Virus record (IMG/VR): IMGVR_UViG_3300042353_000076
Coordinates: 3,267-67,266 of that record
Origin: a virus
Length of the DNA: 64,000 nucleotides
Reading direction: 5' to 3' (one strand)
The notes below the pieces were generated by a model, which ran no database searches, had not been told where the DNA came from, and saw only the letters and a program-made list of their open reading frames with translations. The position numbers and the translations under genes are program-made. Shown here in pieces: positions 57,201 to 64,000 of the stretch; within the stretch, counting starts at the first letter, position 1; each line of letters opens with the position of its first letter.

Positions 57201-58257
57201 GTTGTTGATTGAGGGAGCAACTACTAATTTATGTACATATAGTAACGACTTTAACAACGCTAACTGGACTAGGGATGGTGTAGCAAATGGTGCGCTTGAT
57301 CCTGTAGTTACTCCGCTATATCCTTCTACTGGTCCTGACGGTGCATTAACTGTAACACGCATTGTTTTTGACAAAATAAATGGCGCATCCGGTGTTAACG
57401 GCATATTTTCCCGTATTCGCCGTACCATATTATCTGTACCAAGTAACACATATACCATGTCCGTTTGGATGAAAGCAAATATAGCAAACGGTGCAGCAGG
57501 TATCCAAAATGTTGGTCTAAGAATGGGATCAAGTGCCGGAGTTAACTGCGTAGTTACCACAACGTGGCAACGGTTTACTCATACGTTTGCAGTTACAGAC
57601 GGTAGTGCTGAGTTCCAAATCATGCTTTGGGATAACATTACTGGACCACCTGTCAACAGCGAAACCGCAGACATTCTTGTCTACGGCGCACAAACGGAAC
57701 TAGGTTTTGGCGCAAGTTCATACATCCCTACAGGTTCAACAAGCACAGTGCTACGAGTTGCGGATCACTGCACAATCCCTACTTCCTCATTCATTTCTGG
57801 GAAACCTTATCCGCAGACCTTGTTTGTTGACTGCATCCCAAATACACCAAGCGGTGCGTTCCTTGACATTGCTCGTATCTTTGATCGCACGGCAGGTGGT
57901 GCTTTCTCTTATGGAACAGAGATCTATTACTACACCGCTTCGACAATGACAATATCTCGAAAGATTGCAGCATCAACAAATACTGAACGCAATTTTGCTA
58001 GTGGACTTGCATACGGAACTCGTCATAAGTTGGCACTTTCAATTGATGCATCTTCATTCTCCGGTTCATATGACGGGGTTACTAGTTTGGGCGTAGCAAC
58101 TGCTCCAACTGCATTGGCAAGCGTGGCAACACATTTGGGTGTTGGGTGTTCAGGAGATTCGGCTCCAAATGCAGTTATGTTTGGAACAATTAGACAGATT
58201 AAGTTCTATCCAACTGCATTGACGCAAACGCAAATTAATGCACTAACGGTTTTATAA
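54268..58257 (+). CDS. Head-spike/fibre protein with repeated carbohydrate-binding-like modules
   Basis: 1329 aa; two LDF...TFxRxSxATF+NSSG units, PRFD, GLLIEG..TNL, WG.Q+..G and SYIPT motifs repeated. Confidence 0.75.
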   Translation: MHRNRTWTLDPPEWRTQRNRLLPIEGGDGSTLNLDFTKGILDPRLTFSRASTATFVNSSGYMEYAGANTAPYSELLTTGLGYTDNAILSRSTTTSPTGNTAVVFYPTLVSDYHRLQFGAPIAMVGATTISVYVKQIGSDYRVGINATGYVAASVIFSLVGAGSVIGAVGGTAPNRAATITKVTDDGWYRITLTGTYTSLSSVYVFMASSTATDPTGLNFIGVEAQGVAIWGLQINPGSTAQTYYPTTTAAYHAPRFDYSPTTIGEPRGLLIEGQATNLARFSENCGNTANGWWSLTGAGSTLNSQTKTSPANTSTASEISFGTSTNSNTYVYVGTSAITYTGSIYVRLVSGNPAINIRVYNSTTGIATFTPITVTSTWAKYSVSFTGGASFVEFGVQSPHATTVVVDVWGAQVEVGSGASSYIPTGASGVTRNADGVVMSDISSLSFNQSKGTIYSQLEIRERDRDTFPAYGVFNASAGSRCWWFMRHNHSNASGQRILGNAFNTANTSIINGSSLSHPQTGVFRFATSLDTSASRMVYVANGESPDINTAASFTLATAVEMSINKNPDLAATELGSMWLQTLKYFPTALSDTQLKTITNPTYVAPTLDLDFVPMTTGADLTNKGITFTRLSNATFINSSGYVDHAGANLLLYSAYADTNWIPYGTYAKAYTTGITSPIGDTTAARITFNNVTNGLYYNSASLGSPNIVGATYTMSAWIRATDTTANPAIRFGDSGVAAGANIPITTTWTRYSYTYNNAVSASSPLIQSASGTATGQFEMWGFQLNPGSTAQTYYPTTTAAYYAPRFDSSILTSRTNLILQSNNFTIAGGTPWAQKNGTHSVTLTADTAPPGFSGTATKLTASNVNAGIIQALSVPAISGKTARISFYAKSNALTEQTCFLQQASSLLSAVTIPTTWTRIDLSVGTNAITEITLKGFIDPLDISIYGMQVEYVTSGGATDYIPTTTASVTVNTTEPKGLLIEGATTNLCTYSNDFNNANWTRDGVANGALDPVVTPLYPSTGPDGALTVTRIVFDKINGASGVNGIFSRIRRTILSVPSNTYTMSVWMKANIANGAAGIQNVGLRMGSSAGVNCVVTTTWQRFTHTFAVTDGSAEFQIMLWDNITGPPVNSETADILVYGAQTELGFGASSYIPTGSTSTVLRVADHCTIPTSSFISGKPYPQTLFVDCIPNTPSGAFLDIARIFDRTAGGAFSYGTEIYYYTASTMTISRKIAASTNTERNFASGLAYGTRHKLALSIDASSFSGSYDGVTSLGVATAPTALASVATHLGVGCSGDSAPNAVMFGTIRQIKFYPTALTQTQINALTVL

Positions 58258-58296
58258 ACACAAACTGTATCCTTTGCAAAACCTAAGAAAGATATC

Positions 58297-58608
58297 ATGG
58301 ATTATCAATTACGAACAGATACTAAAGAAGAAACCGATGCCGCTCTCGTGGCTGCAGGTATTCTTGCTGAACAAGTACACGAAGGTGTGACAACCCTAGT
58401 TCCTACTGGTTTAGTAGCTATTGATTATATCGGCTCAATTTCAAAGCCACCAATTACAGATGAAGAGGGTGTTGTTATTACACCCGGCACAACTGACTCA
58501 CGATTCCATACAAACATCCGTGTTTGTTTTGAGATGACTGAAGAACAGATTGAGTTGCTTCCTGTTGTTGATCCCGCACCAGCGATTCCATATCGCGTAT
58601 TCGCATAA
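58297..58608 (+). CDS. Hypothetical protein associated with the fibre gene
   Basis: 103 aa; D.IG.I...H.N+R...P..P.RVFA pattern often found after such fibre genes. Confidence 0.6.
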   Translation: MDYQLRTDTKEETDAALVAAGILAEQVHEGVTTLVPTGLVAIDYIGSISKPPITDEEGVVITPGTTDSRFHTNIRVCFEMTEEQIELLPVVDPAPAIPYRVFA

Positions 58609-58620
58609 GAAAGGAATACT

Positions 58621-58716
58621 ATGAAGAAGAAACCAGCTAAGAAGATGATGATGGATAAGAAGATGGACAAGAAGATGGCAGTTAAGAAAGCCGCTTCCAA
58701 GAAGAAGCCTTATTAA
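58621..58716 (+). CDS. Small Lys/Met-rich basic peptide
   Basis: 31 aa MKKKPAKKMMMDKKMDKKMAVKKAASKKKPY; AAGGA RBS; not in the ORF track. Confidence 0.55.
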   Translation: MKKKPAKKMMMDKKMDKKMAVKKAASKKKPY

Positions 58717-58737
58717 ATTTAACGAAAGATACACAAT

Positions 58738-59667
58738 ATGAATGAAGAGACTCCCGATATGATGGAACAATCCTCCGAGACTCCAATCATGTCTTCGGAA
58801 CAATCTCTTACATCGACTCCAGAGGATGCTCAGCTTGCTCGTGAGAAAGTAGCCTTTGATGCTTATGTAAGAAACCAAGGTATGGCTGTCCCTGAAAACT
58901 TCAAGGATGCCGGAGCTTGGTTTGAGAGTTTAAAGACTGCTCAAAAAGGATACACTCAGTCACGACAAGAAGTCGCAGACCTGAAGAAGAAGTATGAAGC
59001 AACCCCGTCAACTACTAATCCAGTTACGGGACAACCTGTGGTAGAACCTGTGAAGGAAGCAATTCCTTTGTTACCAGAGGTCTTAAAGATTCCAGAGAAC
59101 AAGGTTGAAGAGGTAGCCAAGGTAGAAAACATCCCGGCATCCTCAGATGATTGGAAGCAGTGGACCATTGAGTTCACGGCTAACAATGATCTTTCGGCTG
59201 AGACATTGGAAGTTATTAAGAAGAAGACTGGTCTTCCTGATTATGTTGTTAATGAATATATGCAGGGACAGAAGGCTAAGATTGAGATGGCTTATACTAA
59301 GGCATCTGAGTTAGTTGGTGGTCGAGAAGAGTTGAGTAAACTCTTTGTCTGGGCTAGCAAGAACCTCAGTGCTGCAGAACAAGCTTCAGTCAATCAAAAC
59401 CTAGCATCGGCATCTTGGGATGTAGCCCTCTATGGGCTTCAGGCTAAGTATGCTAAGACCACACAGACAAGCAAGGGTGCAGAACCCAAGCCAAGTGCAA
59501 AAGGACAGATCCCGATTGCATCGACTCAACAGGGAATTGCTGGTTACCAAACTAGGCGTGAGTTCTCTGCAGAGCGTAATCATCCGGGCTTCAATGCCGA
59601 TCCTAAGTATCGTGCATATGTTGAGCAGCGGATGATGCGAACTGATTTTGAAAAATTACCCAAATAA
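58738..59667 (+). CDS. Capsid scaffolding protein (gp9-like)
   Basis: Acidic N-terminus, VGG.E....+..WA..NLS..E and C-terminal DP.YR..VE.R motifs; precedes the capsid gene. Confidence 0.88.
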   Translation: MNEETPDMMEQSSETPIMSSEQSLTSTPEDAQLAREKVAFDAYVRNQGMAVPENFKDAGAWFESLKTAQKGYTQSRQEVADLKKKYEATPSTTNPVTGQPVVEPVKEAIPLLPEVLKIPENKVEEVAKVENIPASSDDWKQWTIEFTANNDLSAETLEVIKKKTGLPDYVVNEYMQGQKAKIEMAYTKASELVGGREELSKLFVWASKNLSAAEQASVNQNLASASWDVALYGLQAKYAKTTQTSKGAEPKPSAKGQIPIASTQQGIAGYQTRREFSAERNHPGFNADPKYRAYVEQRMMRTDFEKLPK

Positions 59668-59751
59668 TCCGTAACAAGACAACGGATCGACTGAGGTTAG
59701 CCAAAGGGTAAATCCCCCTTTATGGTAATGGATGACCCTTGGCTAAACTCA
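59668..59751 (+). promoter_or_regulatory. Structured capsid-mRNA leader (long irregular hairpin)
   Basis: TCCGT/ACGGA hairpin, then TGAG-GTTAGCCAA-AGGGT...ACCCT-TGGCTAA-ACTCA stem (59692-59751). Confidence 0.45.
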
Positions 59752-59852
59752 CTCAACAAAAAGACTCCCTTAGGAATAATCAAACGGTTGAGAACTTTTT
59801 GTCTTACAATTTGATATGAATGATATGATCTTTTTTAAGAAAGAATACTACA

Positions 59853-61106
59853 ATGGCAGCAACTACTTTCGCTAGCACAAATGTCCCCTTTGGAGACTTT
59901 ACACTTCCTCGTACTGCAGCAGCAGATGGCACTTCAGGTGGATCAACTCCACTTAATAAGCTTTGGTTACCACTTTGGTCGGGTGAAGTCATCAATGCAT
60001 ATGATCAATTTAATATGTTTGAAAACATGATTACCACCAAGACTCTTACTGGTGGATTCTCTTATGAATTCCCAATTACGGGTACTGTTGGTCTTAACCC
60101 ATCTTGGAATTCGGGTGTTGAACTCGGTGGTTACAGTGGTGACACGAATTCTACCTCGACCACTATCAAGGTCAATCTTGATAAGCGTCCAATGGCAGCT
60201 CACTTTGAAACTGACAATGTTGACTTGCTCGTTACTCAGTGGGATTACCGCTCTGAGTTGGCTCGTCAGGCTGGACTCACCCTTGCTAGCACCCGTGATC
60301 GTCAGATTCTGATGGCACTCGTAGCCGCAGGTGCTCTGGCTCCAGTAACCGGAGATCCGCGTGGTCTTGCAGCCGCTGCATTCCATATTCCAAGTCAAGT
60401 TGCAACTGGAACTGTTTCTACTCTTGTTTCATTAACTTCAGATACTGAAGGACTTCTCATTCTACAAGCAATTGAGGATTACCTCGTTACTTGTCAGGAG
60501 AACGATGTTGCCGTTGGTAGCGTCTATTGCGCTGTACCTCCAAAGGTATTCCAAGTCATCCGTGCGCTTGGTATTCCGCGCTCACCATTCTCTGCTATTA
60601 CAAGTTCAGGTGTTGTTGGGACCAGTGCCGTAGTTGCCGCAACTAACAACTATACCAATAACCCATTGTTTGAGGGTGCTCCAGTTTCACAGGGTATGAA
60701 CGCAATGACTGACAGCCTTGATTACATGGGTGTCAGAATTGTTAAGACTAACCATATTCCAAAGATCAATCATATCACCGCTGCTAATAACATTGGTGGT
60801 TCCAAGTATAACTTGGATTGCTCTGCATTTGCACTTTATGGTATTATCTTCCAGTCAGAAGCCATTGCTGGTCTTTCCCTCATGGGCATGAAGGTTGACA
60901 CCGTGCAGGATGTTCGCCGTAATACTCAGTTTACCGTAGGCAGCATGCTTAAGGGTACTGGTGTCATTAAGCCTGAGATGGTCAAGCTTATTACTGGTCA
61001 TGGTACGGCTGCAGCTGTTAATACCCGCCTTGAGATTCGTGATCTTTTAAAGGCTGGTACAGACAATCTCACTGGTGGCTTCGGCGCAGAATACTTCACA
61101 AGCTAA
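59853..61106 (+). CDS. Major capsid protein (gp10-like)
   Basis: L+L.++SGEV..A+, FP.TG, D.RSE...Q.G..LA...D and G+.+++TNH+P motifs. Confidence 0.93.
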   Translation: MAATTFASTNVPFGDFTLPRTAAADGTSGGSTPLNKLWLPLWSGEVINAYDQFNMFENMITTKTLTGGFSYEFPITGTVGLNPSWNSGVELGGYSGDTNSTSTTIKVNLDKRPMAAHFETDNVDLLVTQWDYRSELARQAGLTLASTRDRQILMALVAAGALAPVTGDPRGLAAAAFHIPSQVATGTVSTLVSLTSDTEGLLILQAIEDYLVTCQENDVAVGSVYCAVPPKVFQVIRALGIPRSPFSAITSSGVVGTSAVVAATNNYTNNPLFEGAPVSQGMNAMTDSLDYMGVRIVKTNHIPKINHITAANNIGGSKYNLDCSAFALYGIIFQSEAIAGLSLMGMKVDTVQDVRRNTQFTVGSMLKGTGVIKPEMVKLITGHGTAAAVNTRLEIRDLLKAGTDNLTGGFGAEYFTS

Positions 61107-61171
61107 TGATTACTCTTCTCCTTCATAACAAGTTTCTAGTACTAGTTTGAATCGGAGGTGATCGTTTATCT

Positions 61172-61209
61172 ACCCCCGGCTCCCTTAAGTGGGAGTCGGT
61201 GGGTTTTTT
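61172..61209 (+). terminator. Tphi-like terminator after the capsid gene
   Basis: ACCC-CCGGCTCCC-TTAAGT-GGGAGTCGG-T-GGGT followed by TTTTT. Confidence 0.85.
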
Positions 61210-61231
61210 CTAACAACTAAAGGAGGCTACT

Positions 61232-61909
61232 ATGGGCTTAATAACTAAGCTACAGGCAATTAATCATATGCTACTGGCTTCAGGTGAGAACCTTGTAGCT
61301 GACCTTGAAGGTGAGTCGGGTATTGATACTGGTATTGCTGATACTCTACTTGAACAAGCAAGCATTGACCATCAGTTAAGAGGTCTTGCTAACAATAAAT
61401 ATATTCGTAAGTTTACTTTAACAGCAGATGGTTACATTCCTCTGCCTACCCCAGACTCTGATGAGTCAGGTATTCTAGCTGCTGAATTAATCTCACAACA
61501 TATTAGTCCAGAACTTGGATTGATCAAAGCAAGAGTATTAAACAATGCATCTCCTGCTCGTATGTGGAATGTAACTGATGATACTGATGTATGGAAGTCT
61601 GCTGATGGTCCATATTATATTGAATTCACAATGAAGTTACCTTGGGAGAACCTAGAGACTTCAGTACAGAGAGCCATCATGGCTACTGCTATGCGTCACT
61701 ACCAGAGTATTACTCAGGGTGATGAAGCTACTGATGCTTTCTTGGGATACCAAGAGCAACTCTTTACTCTCAAGAGCAAAGCAGCAGATATGAATGACAA
61801 GAAGAAAAACATCTTCGGTAATAACAATCTAGCTAGAAGTTCAGCAATGCGTTCTCGTAATTTAAGTGATCCAAATCGGTTTAGGTACTTTCGTACCGGA
61901 GGTTTTTAA
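61232..61909 (+). CDS. Tail tubular protein A (gp11-like adaptor)
   Basis: TKLQAINHML...GE..V N-terminus and +P+E.L....+..I...A.R.+Q motif. Confidence 0.9.
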   Translation: MGLITKLQAINHMLLASGENLVADLEGESGIDTGIADTLLEQASIDHQLRGLANNKYIRKFTLTADGYIPLPTPDSDESGILAAELISQHISPELGLIKARVLNNASPARMWNVTDDTDVWKSADGPYYIEFTMKLPWENLETSVQRAIMATAMRHYQSITQGDEATDAFLGYQEQLFTLKSKAADMNDKKKNIFGNNNLARSSAMRSRNLSDPNRFRYFRTGGF

Positions 61910-64000
61910 TGGCTATTCGCAGACGCAGCCCACAGGCTGGCTATGCCTCAACCAAACTTCCTGTCTTCACAACTAACTCTGTTGGTAGACAGTCGCCTAA
62001 TAGACGGCAACCAAACGAAGCAGAGAATATTGACAATGCTTTAGTTTCCCTAGAACGTAACTTTGAGAAGCGACCCGGCTTTGAGATTGTACCGCAGAAG
62101 TCTGCAGCCGAAGCTACTTCATGGGATACCTCATCCAATGCTATTCGATTGGATTTATATTCTTTAGCAGCTGTGCCATCAACCCATGATCTATGGTACT
62201 ACTGGTACAGTATTAATGAAGAGAATACATTCCTTGTTGTGGTTGACTTTAGTGCAACCACAACTGCTCATAATTTATTTTATATTTTTAGAGTCTACCC
62301 TACAGGTAAGTGGGAAGATCTAACTCCAGCTAATCAGAATACTGAGGCTGTAGTCAGTGCAACTAGCCGTGCTTATATTACACACAATCCAAACAGCAAG
62401 ACAGCCAAGGAATCCCTTAAGGCTGTATCACTGGGATCAAGCGTGGTTGTTCTTAATAAAAATGTACGAGCGGGATTTAGTTCTGATGTTACTGGGGATG
62501 TAAATACTGATGGTATGTTATTTGATTTAAATGGAGATGTTACTGCAACTCCAGATGTCAATGGTCGTAAGATTAAATACTATACGGCAGCTAAGGTTGC
62601 CAAGGTATTTGACACGGGTGTGGATACCCTACCAAGTACAGAAGATGATGTCTTACTTGGATGGCGACCTGCGCTAGTAACTGGTATATCACAAACAGTA
62701 GGTGGTGGTGCTCACACTACGCATATTCATTTATCTAATGCAGCTTCTAATGTAGATGATGCTTATAATTGGATGACAATTAGGGCAACTTTTGCTAATG
62801 GAGAAGTAAGTGAAGCACTTAGAATAGCAGACTATGTTGGTGCAACTAGACAAGCCACACTTGTTACTGGACTTCACTTTCCACAAGACACTCATAATGC
62901 AACGACAAAATACACAATTGATATTGCATCATTAGAAGTTAAAGGAAACTTAGCTGCTACTTCGGTTGTTACAGCAACCACAATACAATTAGCATCTTCA
63001 GCGTCTATTATTAATGATGCTTATAAAGGACAGTCAATTGTTCTTGCTAATGGTGGTGGAGGGACATACACTATAACAGGATATGTAGGTCAAACTAAAA
63101 TAGCCACCATTTCTCCTGCCATTACTGGTAGCAATGCAACTACAAGTACTACTTACACGATTAATATAACCAATGCAGATTATATTTCTGCTGATGACTA
63201 CTATTACTATAACACAGCTCAGGCTTACTTAGGAAGTCGTGTTGATGATTTATCTACCATTAGACTACCACCTGAAAAGGATGATTGGTTTTCTAATAAC
63301 TCAAAATTAACTAGTACTCAGGATGTTACTGCAAGAAATATGCTTCGCTCTCTTTATGATAGTGATACACTTCTTAATGGTATTATTGATGGTCGAGGTA
63401 AAATATTTTTTACACTCAATCCATACCTAAATACAACAAGTGGATACTATAGAGTCATTGGTTGGAACCCAACCGAGCAAACTTATTATTATAACAATAG
63501 TACTAAAAATATCTATCCTTACTCAGGAACAACTGCAGGTGAAGCACACACAACCGTAGTACCAACTACAGGTAGACCTTATCTTCAAAAGATTAGAACA
63601 CCTGATGAACACTCTTACATTGATCCTAAAAGAATGCCACAGAAGCTTGTGGTGTCCATTGATTCATCCAATGTAACCGCATGGAACATGGAGCCAATCA
63701 AATGGTCTGCTAGAACTACAGGTGACAAGACAACTAATCCGGGACCAAGTATCTTTAAGACCGTAGACCGCAAAAAGCTTAAGCATGTAAAGATTAATTC
63801 TATCGCAGTCTTTAAAGATAGACTATGGTTCTCCGCTGATGATGTTATTTTCTCATCTGAGATGGGTGAATATGAATCACTCTTCCTTAAGGATGCAGAG
63901 AATATTATCACCACAGATCCGATTGACATTCGTGTTTCCTCAAATAGCTACTGTGAGATCACAAGTATGACTCCCTTTGAAGAGTATATGTTTATCAATA
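61909..64000 (+). CDS. Tail tubular protein B (gp12-like nozzle), N-terminal part, runs off the window
   Basis: ATG 61909 (TAATG). Reads MAIRRRSP...VGRQSPNRR...NALVSLERNFEKRPG, later MPQKLV, W..R..GD..TNP.PS, FKDRLWF and DPIDI. Missing from the ORF track because there is no stop in the window. Confidence 0.9.
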   Translation, partial: MAIRRRSPQAGYASTKLPVFTTNSVGRQSPNRRQPNEAENIDNALVSLERNFEKRPGFEIVPQKSAAEATSWDTSSNAIRLDLYSLAAVPSTHDLWYYWYSINEENTFLVVVDFSATTTAHNLFYIFRVYPTGKWEDLTPANQNTEAVVSATSRAYITHNPNSKTAKESLKAVSLGSSVVVLNKNVRAGFSSDVTGDVNTDGMLFDLNGDVTATPDVNGRKIKYYTAAKVAKVFDTGVDTLPSTEDDVLLGWRPALVTGISQTVGGGAHTTHIHLSNAASNVDDAYNWMTIRATFANGEVSEALRIADYVGATRQATLVTGLHFPQDTHNATTKYTIDIASLEVKGNLAATSVVTATTIQLASSASIINDAYKGQSIVLANGGGGTYTITGYVGQTKIATISPAITGSNATTSTTYTINITNADYISADDYYYYNTAQAYLGSRVDDLSTIRLPPEKDDWFSNNSKLTSTQDVTARNMLRSLYDSDTLLNGIIDGRGKIFFTLNPYLNTTSGYYRVIGWNPTEQTYYYNNSTKNIYPYSGTTAGEAHTTVVPTTGRPYLQKIRTPDEHSYIDPKRMPQKLVVSIDSSNVTAWNMEPIKWSARTTGDKTTNPGPSIFKTVDRKKLKHVKINSIAVFKDRLWFSADDVIFSSEMGEYESLFLKDAENIITTDPIDIRVSSNSYCEITSMTPFEEYMFIN

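Noticed and set aside
61040-61150. T7 10A/10B-type programmed frameshift extension of the capsid
   Set aside because: No clear slippery sequence near the stop codon and no long alternate frame before the terminator.
639-63929. The many 60-170 aa minus-strand and alternate-frame ORFs in the track
   Set aside because: They lie within long + strand genes, lack RBSs and motifs, and T7-like genomes are transcribed from one strand.
1-64000. Stop-codon reassignment
   Set aside because: Core genes are intact under the standard code, TAA, TGA and TAG all end genes, and there is no suppressor tRNA.

Overview
The window holds almost the whole genome of a lytic T7-like podophage (Autographiviridae-type), with every credible gene on the + strand. 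It is circularly permuted: the last 20 codons of the tail nozzle (gp12-like) gene open the window and its N-terminal ~697 codons close it, so the genome is somewhat over 64 kb, large for this group. Order from the inferred physical left end (~26.3 kb): a GC-rich, heavily base-paired ~550-nt non-coding region; ~25 small early genes with four tRNAs plus one armless tRNA-like hairpin; DUF932; single-subunit RNA polymerase; replication and nucleotide genes (SSB, RusA, ThyX, primase-helicase, PolA, dNMP kinase, exonuclease, dUTPase, class II RNR); portal, extra fibre/spike genes, scaffold, capsid, tail tube/nozzle, tail fibre, lysis-like membrane genes, terminase; and finally the internal virion genes. 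Most striking: (1) a 3740-aa gp16-position protein with a zincin HExxH motif, two tandem ART-PolyVal-like ADP-ribosyltransferase domains and a possible sigma/LuxR-like HTH; (2) a candidate large ncRNA at the start of the early region; (3) an armless tRNA-Gln(UUG)-like hairpin within the tRNA cluster, plus atypical tRNA-Ile(UAU) and tRNA-Leu(UAA); (4) a citrate-synthase-fold protein lacking two catalytic residues; (5) a sulfotransferase-like gene in the slot T7 uses for gp13. All assignments come from motif recognition by eye; no database searches or folding programs were run.
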